DNA from: Felis catus
Taxonomy: Eukaryota
NCBI RefSeq assembly: GCF_018350175.1
Contig: NC_058368.1
Span: 87,608,001-87,672,000, forward strand
DNA length: 64,000 bases
Direction of reading: 5' to 3'
Below the pieces are notes generated by a model. The model made no database searches, had not been told where the DNA came from, and was given only the letters and a program-made list of their open reading frames with translations. The translations under genes were made by a program, and so were the position numbers. Shown here in pieces: positions 26,200 through 38,360 of the stretch; the first letter of the stretch is position 1; each line of letters opens with the position of its first letter.

Positions 26200-26300
26200 A
26201 GGTCTCTCAATTACCCTGACTTCAAAATGAGTAGAATGCCATTTCAGATTTCCCAATATATCCCTGATGATTCAGTGATTCCTGGTAGCCTTCACACATA
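25870..26300 (-). promoter_or_regulatory. Candidate V1R promoter / non-coding first exon
   Basis: Consensus donor G|GTGAGT on minus (ACTCAC at 25870-25875); repeat-free block of higher complexity; (TA)n at 26162-26197; V1R genes typically have an upstream non-coding exon. Confidence 0.4.
26162..26197. repeat. (TA)n microsatellite
   Basis: Directly visible. Confidence 0.95.
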
Positions 26301-26524
26301 TTCCTAAGTAGACTCTGGCTTTTGTGGCCACAATTGGACTATAATCACCTTTGTGGGAATTAGCAATGCCCCTTCTCTCGGTCCTACTTAGGTGAAGCAC
26401 TAGGTACGGGGAGCAGAATGAAGACCACTTTTCACTTACTCGCCTACAAATTGTCCAAGTGTTTTTTTTTTTGGAAAGAAAGGGCATCTCCATTCAAGAT
26501 AAGATAAAAGTTAGCATATGAACT

Positions 26525-26752
26525 GGGGCGCCTGGGTGGCTCAGTCGGTTGAGTGCCCAACTTCAGTTCAGGTCATGATCTCATGGTTTGTGAATTTGAG
26601 CCCTGTGTCGGTCTCTGTGTTGAGAGCTCAGAGGCTGGAGCCTGCTTTGGATTCTGTGTCTTCCTCTCTCTCTGTCCCTACCCTGATCTCTCTCTCTCTC
26701 TCTCTCTCTCAAAAATAAATAAACATTTAAAATAAATTTTAAAAAAATTTAA
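26525..26752 (+). mobile_element. Can-SINE
   Basis: GGGGCGCCTGGGTGGCTCAG head; degenerate TSD AAAAGTTAG..TATGAACT. Confidence 0.95.
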
Positions 26753-27019
26753 AAAAGTTAGGGTATGAACTTCTCTCTTCTAGACATCTTACTTTGATGT
26801 GAAATATTAAGCTCTATATTACTGTGTCCTGCACCACATTCCTCAGTCACCTTTGCTGTTTCACTAGAAATGTTGTGTTTCATGCACTCTGAATTACATT
26901 ATGCCTACCTCAGAAACTTCCAGTTTTTTGATCCTGGAAGACCCTTCAAACATATCTCCATTATAACTAACTCTAATCTTAGCACTAATTATGACTACAT
27001 ATTTGTGATCCTTTTTCTT

Positions 27020-27126
27020 TAAAAAATCTTTTTTTTTAAGTAGGCTCCATGACCAATGCAGGGCTTGAACTCATGACCTGAGACCAAGAGTTGCACACTC
27101 TACTGGATGAGTCATCCAGGTGCCTC
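27020..27126 (-). mobile_element. Short Can-SINE variant with TSD
   Basis: 16-bp TSD TGTGATCCTTTTTCTT at 27004-27019 and 27127-27142; GGGCTTGAACTCATGACCTGAGA..CCAGGTGCC. Confidence 0.88.
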
Positions 27127-27334
27127 TGTGATCCTTTTTCTTAGCCACAAACAATCTTATATTATAGTGATATGGAATTTAGCATGAGGAAGCAACTAAA
27201 CCTGTTTGGGCTTGACATTGTGTGCTGTTACTGTCTTCTTCAATCCTCTAAAAAAACAAAAACAAACAAGCAAAAAAAAATCACAAGTTCTCCATTCAGC
27301 CTCAGGCGGGACCACTTGCTCCATAAACTTTTTC

Positions 27335-27773
27335 ACATTTTTATTTATTTGTTTTCAAAAATTCTTGTATAAAACTTACAGTGCTGTAGTTTCAGGTGTA
27401 CAACATACTGATTGAACAATTCTATACATTACTCAATGCTCAACACAGTAATTGTGTTCTTCTTAATCCCCTTCACCTACTTCACCCATCCCCCCCCCAC
27501 CAACTTCCTCTTTGGCAATCACCAGTGTGTGCTCTATGCTTAAAAGTCTGTTTTTCTATTTGTCTCTTTTTAACCCATGTTCATTCATTTTGTCATATAT
27601 AAGTTAAATCCTATGGTATTTGTCTTTCTCTTAGCGACTTATCTCACTTAGTATTATACCCTCTAGATACATCCATTTGTTGCAAATGTCAGGATTTCAT
27701 CCTTTATTCCATTAGATAGATAGATGATAGAGAGATAGATGATAGATGGGTGATAGTTGATAGAGATATACAT

Positions 27774-27804
<31 letters not shown>

Positions 27805-27863
27805 GATAGATAGATGATAGAGAGATAGATGATAGATGGGTGATAGTTGATAGAGATATACAT

Positions 27864-27894
<31 letters not shown>

Positions 27895-28430
27895 GATAGA
27901 TAGATAGATATCACATCTTTATCCATTCACCTATGGATGGACTATTGCATTCCTTCCATATCTCAGCTAAGGTAAATAATGTGCGATAAACATAGTAGTG
28001 CATATATCTTTTTGAATTAGTGTTTTTGTTTTCTTTGGGTAAATACCCACTAGTAGAATTACTGAATGATATAGTAATTCTATTTTTAATTTTTTGAGGC
28101 ACACCCATACTACTTTAACAGGGTCACACCACCCAAGACCAGTGCACAAGGGTTCCTTTATTTCCACATCCTTAACAACATTTACTGTTTCTTGTGAGTT
28201 TTTAAATTCATATTCACTTATTTTTAATTCACATGTAATTAACATGGTGTTATATTAGTTTCACATGTACAATAAATGATTCAACAATTCTGTGTATTTC
28301 TCAGCGATCATCATGATACATGTGCTTTTAATCTCCTTCACCTATTTCACTCATCACTCCACACATCTCTCCTTTGGGGACCACCAGTTTGTACTCTATA
28401 AGTCTGCTGTTTTGTTTGTCTTTTTTTAAA
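27335..28430 (-). mobile_element. Older L1 3'-end fragments (two)
   Basis: L1 3'UTR motifs; ORF 27967-28245 ([25 protein letters not shown]). Confidence 0.8.
27711..27910. repeat. Compound (GATA)n STR with a 90-bp higher-order duplication
   Basis: GATAGATGGGTGATAGTTGATAGAGATATACATG occurs at 27741 and 27831. Confidence 0.93.
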
Positions 28431-28534
28431 TTCATTTTCCCTTTCTTAAATATTTTTTTAATTAATTTATGATCAAGTTAATTAACATAGAGTGCAGTTT
28501 TGGCTTCAGGAGTAGAACCCAATGATTCATTTCT

Positions 28535-28785
28535 TTTTTTTATTTATTTTTTATTTTTTTATTTATTTTTTAATTTTTTTTTCAACGTTTATTTATTTTT
28601 GGGACAGAGAGAGACAGAGCATGAATGGGGGAGGGGCAGAGAGAGAGGGAGACACAAAATCGGAAACAGGCTCCAGGCTCCGAGCCATCAGCCCAGAGCC
28701 CGACGCGGGGCTCGAACTCACGGACCGCGAGATCATGACCTGGCTGAAGTCGGACGCTTAACCGACTGCGCCACCCAGGCGCCCC
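28535..28785 (-). mobile_element. Young Can-SINE
   Basis: CpG-intact body; TSD AATGA(T/C)TCATTTCTT. Confidence 0.97.
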
Positions 28786-29131
28786 AAATGACTCATTTCT
28801 TACATATGACACCCAGTATTCATCCCAACAAGTGCCCTCCTTAATGCCCATTACCCATTTAACCCATCCCCCAACCCACCTATTCTGCAGCAATCCTCAG
28901 TTTATTCTCTCTCATTAAGAGTCTCTTATGGTTTGCTTCCCTCTCAGTTTTTATCTAATTTTTCCTTCCCTTCCCCTATGATCCTCTGCTGAGTTTCTCA
29001 AATTCCACATATGAGGGAAATCATACGATTTCTCTGACTGACTTATTTTGCTTAGCATAATACCCTCCAGTTCCAAATGCATTGTTATAAATGGCAACAT
29101 TTCATTCTTTTTCACTTTCAAGTAGTATTCC

Positions 29132-29133
<2 letters not shown>

Positions 29134-29203
<70 letters not shown>
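29134..29203. repeat. Compound (TG)n(TA)n microsatellite in L1 3' region
   Basis: Directly visible. Confidence 0.95.
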
Positions 29204-29205
<2 letters not shown>

Positions 29206-30480
29206 ACATCTTCTTTATCCATTTGTCAGTTGATGGACATTTGGGCTGTTTCCATAATTTGGCTATTGTTGAAAGCCCTGCTACAAACATTGGGGTACAT
29301 GTGCCCCTTCTAATCAGCATTTTTGTATCCTTTGGATGAATTACTAGTAGTTCAAATGCTGGGTGTAGGGTAGTTGTATTTCTAATTTTTAAGGAACTTC
29401 CATACTGTTTTCCAGGGGGCTGCACCAGTTTGTATCCGTTTGTCCACATCCTCACCAATATCCGTTGTTTCCTGAGTTGTTAATTTTAGCCATTCTGACA
29501 AGTGTGAAGTGGTATCTCATTGTAATTTTGATTTGTATTTCCCCCATGATGAGCGATGTTGAGAATCTTTTCAGGTGTCAGCCATCTGGATGTCTTCTTT
29601 GGAAAAGTGTCTATTCATGTCTTCTGCCCATTTCTTCACTGGATTATTTGTCTTTTGGGTATTGAGTCTGGTAAGTTATTTATAGATTTTGGATACTAGC
29701 CTTTGTCCAATATGTCATTTGCAAATATTTTCTTTTATTCCATGTGGACCCTTCTAGTTTTGCCGATTGTTTCCTTCGCTGTGCAGAAAACTTTTATCTT
29801 GATGAGGTCCCAATAGTTCATTTTTGGTTTTATTTCCCTTGCATCTGGAAACATATCAACTATGAAGTTGCTGTTGTCTAGGTCAAAGAAGATGCTGCCT
29901 GTTTTCTCCTGTAGGATTTTGATGGTTTCCTTTCTCACATTTAGGTATTTTATCCATTTTGAATTTATTTTTGTGTATAATGTAAGAAAATGGTCTAGTT
30001 TCATTCTTCTACATGTCGTTGTTCAGTTCTCCCAGAACCACTTGCTAAAGAAACTGTCTTTTTCCACTGGATTCTCTTTCCTGCTTGGTCAAAGATTAGT
30101 TGGCCATATATTTGTGGGTTCATTTCTGAGTTCTTTATTCTGTTCCATTGATCTATGTGTGTGTTTTTGTACCAATACCATCCTGTCTTGATGATTACAG
30201 CTTTGTAGTACAGTTTAAAGAACAGAATTGTGATACTTCCAGCTTTTTTTTTTTCAGCATTACTTTAGTTATTCTGGGTCTTTTGTGGCTCCATACAAAT
30301 TTTAAAATTGTTCTGGCTCTGTGAAGAATGCTGGTGTTATTTTGATAGGGATTCTATTGAATATGTAGATTGCTTGGGTAGTATTGACATTTTAATAATA
30401 TTTATTCTTTCAATCCATGAACATAAAGGTTTTTTCCATTTCTTTGTGTCTTCTTCAATTTCTTTCATAAGCTTTCTATG

Positions 30481-30710
30481 TTTTTTTAATGTTTATTTAT
30501 TTTTGAAAGAGAGAGAGAAACAGAGAGTGAGCAGGAGAGGGGGCAGAGAGAGAGGGAGACACCAAGAGAGAGGGAGACACCAAATCTGAATCAGGCTCCA
30601 GGCTCTGAGCTGTCCACGCAGAGCCCGACACGGGCTCAAACTCACAAACTGTGAGATCATGACCTGAACTTGAAGTCGGACACTTAACCGACTGAGCCAC
30701 GCAGGCGCCC
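30481..30710 (-). mobile_element. Can-SINE with ~18-bp internal duplication
   Basis: Ends GCAGGCGCCCC; GAGAGAGGGAGACACCAA present twice (~30548-30583). Confidence 0.93.
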
Positions 30711-31570
30711 CATCTATGGTTTTGGGTGTACAGGATTTTACCTGTTTGGTTAGGTTTATCTCTAGGTATTTTACTGGTTTTGGTGCAATTGTAAATGTGA
30801 TCAATCCCTTGATTTCTCTTTCTGCTGTTTCATTTTCGGTGATTAGAAATGCAACTGATTTCTGTACATTAAGTTTATATCTTGTGAGTTTGCTGAATTC
30901 ATGTATCAGTTTTAATAGGTTTTTTGTGGAGTCTTTTGAGTTTTCCACGTAGATTATCATGTCATCTGTGAAGAGTGAAAGTTTGACTTCTTCTTTATCA
31001 ATATGGATGCATTTTATTTTGTTTTGTTGCCTGATTGCTGAGGCTAGGACTTCCAACTGTGTGTTGAACAGCAGTGTTGAGAGTGGACATCCCTGTCCTT
31101 AGATCTTAGGGGGAAAGCTCTCAGCTTTTCCCCTTTGAGGATGATATTAGCTGTGGGCCTTTCATATATGTCTTTTATGATGTTAACTTATGTTCCTTCT
31201 ATTCTGACTTGAGGGTTTTTCTGCATCTATTGACAGGATCATATGTTTCTTATCCATTCTTCTATTAATGTGGTGTATCACATTGATTGATTTGCAAACA
31301 CTGAACCAGCTCTGCAGACCAGGAATAAATCCCACTAATCACTGTGAATAATTCTTTTAATGTACTCTGAATTCGATTTGCTAGTATATTGTTGAAATTG
31401 TTTGCATCCACATTCATCAAGGATATTGGCCTGTAAATCTCCTTTTGAGTGGGGTCTTTGTCTGGTTTTGGAATCAAGGTAATGCTGGCTTTATAGAATG
31501 AGTTTGGAAGCTTTCCTTCTATTTCTATTTTTTGGAAGAGTTTGAGAAGAATAGATATTAACTCTTCTTT

Positions 31571-34500
31571 ATTTTTTTTCAATATATGAAATTTATTGTC
31601 AAATTGGTTTCCATACAACACCCAGTGCTCATCCCAAAAGGTGCCCTCCTCAATACCCATCAATCCTCCCTCCCACCCCCCCATCAACCCTCAGTTTGTT
31701 CTCAGTTTTTAACAGTCTCTTATGCTTTGGTCTCTTCCACTCTAACCTCTTTTTTTTTCTTCCCCTACCCCATGGGTTTCTGTTAAGTTTCTCAGGATCC
31801 ACATAAGAGTGAAACATATGGTATCTGTCTTTCTCTGTACGGCTTATTTCACTTAGCATCACACTCTCCAGTTCCATCCACGTTGCTACAAAGGGCCATA
31901 TTTCATTCCTTCTCATTGTCACATAGTACTCCATTGTGTATATAAACCACAATTTTTTTATCCATTCATCAGTTGATGGACATTTAGGCTCTTTCCATAA
32001 CTTGGCTATTGTTGAAAGTGCTGCTATAAACATTGGGGTACAAGTGCCCCTATGCATCAGTACTCCTGTACCCCTTGGGTAAATTCCTAACAGTGCTATT
32101 GCTGGGTCATAGGGTAGGTCTATTTTTAATTCTTTGAGGAACCTCCACACTGTTTTCCAGAGCGGCTGCACCAATTTGCATTCCCACCAACAGTGCAAGA
32201 GGGTTCCCGTTTCTCCACATCCTCGCCAGCCTCTATAGTCTTCTGATTTGTTCATTTTGGCCACTCTGGCGTTAGATGATATCTGAGTGTGGTTTTGATT
32301 TGTATTTCCCTGATGAGGAGCGACATTGAGCATCTTTTCATGTGCCTGTTGGCCATCCGGATGTCTTCTTTAGAGAAGTGTCTATTCATGTTTTCTGCCC
32401 ATTTCTTCACGGGGTTATTTGTTTTTTGGGTGTGGAGTTTGGTGAGTTCTTTATAGATTTTGGATACTAGCCCTTTGTCTGATATGTCATTTGCAAATAT
32501 CTTTTCCCATTCCGTTGGCTGCCTTTTAGTTTTGTTGGTTGTTTCCTTTGCTGTGCACAAGCTTTTTATCTTCATAAGGTCCCAGTAGTTCATTTTTGCT
32601 TTTAATTCCCTTGCCTTTGGGGATGTGTCAACTAAGAAATTGCTACAGCTGAGGCCAGAGAGGTCTTTTCCTGCTTTCTCCTCTAGAGTTTTGATGGTTT
32701 CCTGTCTCCCATTCAGGTCCTTTATCCATTTTGAGTTTATTTTTGTGAATGGTGTGAGAAAGTGGTCTAGTTTCAACCTTCTGCATGTTGCTGTCCAGTT
32801 CTCCCAGCACCATTTGCTAAAGAGACTGTCTTTTTTCCATTGGATGTTCTTTCCTGCTTTGTCAAAGATTACTTGGCCATACATTTGTGGGTCTAGTTCT
32901 GGGGTTTCTATTCTATTCCATTGGTCTATGTGTCTGTTTTTGTGCCAATACCATGCTGTTTTGATGATGACAGCTTTGTAGTAGAGGCTAAAGTCTGGGA
33001 TTGTGATGCCTCCCGCTTTGGTCTTCTTCAAAATTACTTTGGCTATTCGGGGCTTCTTGTGGTTCCATATGATTTTTAGAATTGCTTGCTCTCGTTTCCA
33101 GAAGAATGCGGGTGCAATTTTGATTGGGATTGCATTGAATGTGTAGATAGCTTTGGGTAGTATTGACATTTTGACATTATTTATTCTTCCAATCCATGAG
33201 CATGGAATGTTTTTCCATTTCTTTATATCTTCTTCAATTTCCTTCATAAGCTTTCTATAGTTTTCAGCATAAAGATCTTTTACATCTTTGGTTAGATTTA
33301 TCCCTAGGTATTTTATGATTCTTGGTGCAATTGTCAATGGGATCAGTTTCTTTATTTGTCTTTCTCTTGCTTCATTATTAGTGTATAAGAATGCAACTGA
33401 TTTCTGTACATTGATTTTGTATCCTGCAACTTTGCTAAATTCATGTATCAGTTCTAGCAGACTTCTGTTGTCGTCTATCGGATTTTCCATGTATAATATC
33501 ATGTCATCTGCAAAAAGTGAAAGCTTAACTTCATCTTTGCCAATTTTGATGCCTTTGCTTTCCTTTTGTTGTCTGCTGATGCTAGAACTTCCAACACTAT
33601 GTTAAACAACAGTGGTGAGAGTGGACATCCTGTCGTGTTCCTGATCTCAGGGAAAAAGCTCTCAGTTTTTCCCCATGGAGGCTGATGTTAGCTGTGGGCT
33701 TTTCATAAATGGCTTTGATGATCTTTAAGTATGTTCCTTCTATCCCTACTTTCTTGAGGGTTTTTATTAGGAAAGGGTGCTGAATTTTGTCAAAGGCCTT
33801 TTCTGCATCGATTGACAGGATCATATGGTTCTTATCTTTTCTTTTATTAATGTGATGTATCACATTGATTTGCGAATGTTGAACCAGCCCTGCAGCCCAG
33901 GAATGAATCCCACTTGATCATGGTGAATAATTCTTTTTATATGTTGTTGAATTCAATTTGCTAGTATCTTATGGAGAATTTTTGCATCCATATTCAACAG
34001 GGATATTTGCCTGTAGCTCTCTTTTTTTACTGGGTCTCTGTCTGGTTTGGGAATCAAAGTAATACTGGCTTCATAGAATGAGTCTGGAAGTTTTCCTTCC
34101 CTTTCTATTTTTTGGAACAGCTTGGGAAGGATAGGTATTATCTCTGCTTTAAACGTCTTGTAGAACTCTCCTGGGAAGCCATGTGGTCCTGAACTCTTAT
34201 TTGTTGGGAGATTTTTGATGACTGATTCAATTTCTTCGCTGGTTATGGGTCCGTTCAAGCTTTATATTTCCTCCTGATTGAGTTTTGGAAGCGTGTGGGT
34301 GTTTAGGAATTGGTCCATTTCTTCCAGGTTGTCCAGTTTGTTGGCATATAATTTTCATAGTATTCCCTGATAATTGCTTGTATTTCTGAGGGATTGGTTG
34401 TAATAATTCCATTTTCATTCATGATTGTATCTATTTGGGTCCTCTCCCTCTTCTTTTTGAGAAGCCTGGCTAGAGGTTTATCAATTTTGTTTATTTTTTC

Positions 34501-37500
34501 AAAAAAACAATTCTTGGTTTCGTTGATCTGCTCTACAGTTTTTTAAGATTCTATATTGTTTGTTTCTGGTCTGATCTTTATTATTTCTCTTCTTCTCCTG
34601 GATTTGAGGTGTCTTTGTTGTTCTGCTTCTATTTCTTTTAGGTGTGCTGTTAGATTTTGTATTTGGGATTTTTCTTGTTTCTTGAGATAGGCCTGGATTG
34701 CAATGTAGTTTCCTCTCAGGACTGCCTTCCCTGCATCCCAAATGTTTGGATTGCTGTATTTTCATTTTTATTTGTTTCCATATATTTCTTAATTTCTTCT
34801 CTAATTGCCTGGTTGACGCATTCATACTTTAGTAGGATGTTCTTTAACCTCCATGCTTTTGGAGGTTTTCCAGACTTTTTCCTGTGGTTGATTTCAAGCT
34901 TCATCACATTGTGGTCTAAAAGTATGCATGGTATGATCTCAAATCTTGTATACTTATGAAGGGCTGTTTTGTGACCCAGTATGTCATCTATCTTGCACAA
35001 TGTTCCATGTGCACTCGAGAAGAAAGTATTTTCTGTTGCTTTGGGATGCAGAGTTGTAAATGTATCTGTCAAGTCCATCTGATCCAATGTATCATCCAGG
35101 GACCTTGTTTCTTTATTGACCGTGTGTCTAGATGATCTATCCATTTCTGTAAGTGGAGTGTTAAAGTCCCCTACATTTGCTACATTCTTATCAATAAGGT
35201 TGCTTATGTTTGTGAGTAATTGTTTTATATATTTAGGGGCTCCTATTCGGCGCATAGACATTTATAATTGTTAGCTCTTCCTGATGGATAGACCCTGTGA
35301 TTAAAATATAATGCCCTTCTTCATCTCTTGTTACAGCCTTTAATTTAAAGTCTAGTTTGTCTGATATAAGTATGGCTACTCCAGCTTTCTTTTGACTTCC
35401 AGTGGCATGATAAATAGTTCTCCATCCCCTCACTCTCAATCTGAAGGTGTCCTCAGGTCTAAAATGAGTTTTTTGTAGACAGCAAATAGATGGGTCTTGT
35501 TTTTTTAATCCATTGTGATACCCTATGTCTTTTGGTTGGAGCATTTGGTCCATTTACATTCAGTGTTATTATAGAAAGATATGGGTTTAGAGTCATTGGG
35601 ATGTCTGTAGGCTTCATGCTTGTAGTGATGTCTCTGCTACTTTGTCTCACAGGATCCCCCTTAGGATCTCTTGTAGGGCTGGTTTAGTGGTGACGAATTC
35701 CTTCAGTTTTTGTTTGTGTGGGAAGACATTCATCGCTCCTTCTATTCTAAATGACAGACTTGCTGGATAAAGGATTCTCAGCTGCATATTTTTTCTGTTC
35801 ATCACATTGAAGATCCCCTGCCATTCCTTTCTGGCCTGCCAAGTTTCAGTAGAGAGATCGGTCACGAGTCTTATAGGTCTCCCTTTATATGTTAGAGCAC
35901 GTTTATCTCTAGCTGCTTTCAGAATTTTCTCTTTATCCTTGTATTTTTCCAGTTTCACTATGATATGTCATGCAGAAGATTGATTCAAGTTACGTCTGAA
36001 GGGAGTTCTCTGTGCCTCTTGGATTTCAATGCTTTTTTCCTTCCCCAGATCAGGGAAGTTCTCAGCTATTATTTCTTCAAGTACACCTTCAGTACCTTTC
36101 CCTCTCTCTTCCTCCTCTGGAATACCAATTATGCATATAATATTTCCCTTTAGTGCATCACTTAGTTCTCTAATTTTCCCGTCACACTCCTGGATTTTTT
36201 TTTTATCTCTCTTTTTCTCAGCTTCCTCTTTTTCCATAATTTTATCTTCTAGTTCACCTATTCTCTCCTCTGCCTCTTCAATCCGAGCCATAGTTGTCTC
36301 CATTTTATTTTGCAGTTCATTGATAGCATTTTTTAGCTCCTCCTGGTTGTTCCTTAGTCCCTTGATCTGTGTAGCAAGAGATTCTCTGCTGTCCTTTATA
36401 CTGTCTTGAAGCCAGCGATTAATTTTATGACTATTATTCTAAATTCACTTTCTGTTCTATTGTTTAAATCATTTTTTTTTAATTTTTTTTTCAACGTTTA
36501 TTTATTTTTGGGACAGAGAGAGACAGAGCATGAACGGGGGAGGGGCATAGAGAGAGGGAGACACAGAATCGGAAACAGGCTCCAGGCTCTGAGCCATCAG
36601 CCCAGAGCCTGACGCGGGGCTCGAACTCACGGGCCGTGAGATCGTGACCTGGCTGAAGTCGGACGCCTAACCGACTCCGCCACCCAGGCGCCCCTGTTTA
36701 AATCATTTTTGATCAGTGTGTTAGCTGTTGTTATTTCCTGGACATTTTTCTGAGGGGAATTCTTCCATTTCGTATTTTGGATAGTCCCTTGAGTGGTGCG
36801 GGATGGGGGGCACTTCCCCTGTGCTGTCTTGAATAACTTGTGTTGGTGGGCAGGGCCACAGACAGACCTGATGTCTGCTCCCAGCCCACCGCTGGGGCCA
36901 CAGTCAGACTGGTGTGTGCCTTCTCTTCCCCTCTCCCAGGGGCAGGACTCACTGTGGAGTGGTGTGGCCCCTGTCTGGGCTACTTGCACACTGCCAGGCT
37001 TGTGGTGCTGGGGATCTGGCATATTAGCTGGGGTGGATCAGCAAGGTGCACAGGGGAGGGAGGGGCAGGCTCAGCTCGCTTTTCCTTGGGAGATCCGCTT
37101 CAGGAGGGGCCCTGAGGCACCGGGAGGGAGTCAGACCCGCCAGAGGGATGGATCCATAGAAGCACAGCATTGGGTGTTTGCGCGGTGCAAGCAAATTCCC
37201 TGGCAGGAACTGGTTCCCTTTGGGATTTTGTCTGGGAGATGGGCGAGGGAGATGGCGCTGGTGAGCACCTTTGTTCCCCGCCAAGCTGAGCTCTTTCATC
37301 TAGGGCTCAACAACTCTCCCTCCCATTGTCCTCCAGCCCTCCCGTTCTCTTAGCAGAGCTGTTAGCTTGTAACCTTCCAGATGTCAAGTCCCGCTTGCTG
37401 TCGGAAGGGAACACACTCCATCCGGCCCCTCCGTTTTTTCAAGCCAGACGCGAGGGCTCTGCTTGGCCTGTGGGCCGCCCCTCTGCCCAACCCCCCTCCC

Positions 37501-37711
37501 TCCCACCAGTCCCACCAGTCCGTGGAGCTCGCACCGCCTCGCAGCCCTTCCTACCCTCTTCCATGGGCCTCTCATCTGCCCTTGACTCCGGAGACTCCAT
37601 TCTGCTAGTCTTCTGGCGGTTTTCTGGGTTATTTAGGCAAGTGTAGGTGGAATCTAAGTGATCAGCAGGACGCGCCTGAGCCCAGCGTCCTCCTACGCCG
37701 CCATCTTCCCC
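31571..37711 (-). mobile_element. Near-full-length young felid L1 (5'UTR, ORF1, ORF2, 3'UTR), ORFs disrupted
   Basis: 5' end GGGGAAGATGGCGGCGTAGG on minus (~37711); GC-rich 5'UTR; ORF1 pieces 35647-36303 with ATG lost; ORF2 pieces 31650-35650; multiple frameshifts; SINE inserted in ORF1. Confidence 0.97.
36477..36694 (-). mobile_element. Young Can-SINE inserted in L1 ORF1
   Basis: TSD TGTTTAAATCATTTTT at 36461-36476 and 36695-36710. Confidence 0.97.
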
Positions 37712-37714
37712 TAA

Positions 37715-38360
37715 TTCAAATTCATTTTTATCTTAACCAGATTGACCATGCACTAAAATTTGTTCTCAAAGATTCCTTTTCCACAACACTTCTACAATTA
37801 TTTTTAATTCAGATTTTGTCGTAAGTTTTCCCTCCTTAAATAGTCAGCCTCACTTTCAGAAACTGCTTTTGCTTTTCTTTAACATAAAATGATTTCCTTT
37901 GATTTTCTTTAAAGCAAGCATCCTACTTTTCTGCAAGGAGAAATGTTTCCCTTATTCATTCTAGTAACTTCAACCGGATATAGAATTCTTAACCCTTAAT
38001 TCCTAACAGAACTAAGTGGTAAGTAATTGTGAACTGTGAGCTGTACCACCATCTGTTCGAGGGGAAACTTTCTGAAAATATTTCATAAGTCCTAGAAACG
38101 TGTTCTTCAGTAAAATCTTTCATTAAAGCACAAGACATGTTTACTAAGAGACCCAAATTCATCTTGAGTTTCTCTGTATTGACAAAGCCAAAAGTATGTA
38201 ACCCTGTGTTCACTAATGAACGTTTCATTATTTCATCTTATTTGGAAATGGTCCAGATATGCAGTAGAGAATTTAACTTCACCCTTAAATTCACCCTAAT
38301 TTAAGATTTCAGGTTACCAAAAAGATATGGGGTAACTATGTGAAAAGTGTTCCTAAAATT
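37715..38360. mobile_element. Possible ERV1-type internal non-coding remnant
   Basis: AT-rich block resembling degraded non-autonomous ERV internal sequence; no coding motif seen; recognition only. Confidence 0.35.

Larger units (their letters stand above)
28452..31570 (-). mobile_element. Intermediate-age L1, 3'UTR to mid-ORF2
   Basis: ORFs 29735-30004, 30493-31056 ([11 protein letters not shown] motif) and 31265-31570 ([15 protein letters not shown]). Confidence 0.92.

Noticed and set aside
36793..37353. 186-aa ORF antisense in L1 5'UTR (ORF0-like)
   Set aside because: Not maintained as one ORF in the younger homologous 5'UTR at 58.6-59.5 kb; GC-rich sequence yields long ORFs by chance
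28428..37728. AAATTCATTTT at both 28428 and 37718 as a TSD of a composite element
   Set aside because: Only 11 bp of AT-rich sequence and not flush with the junctions; chance match likely
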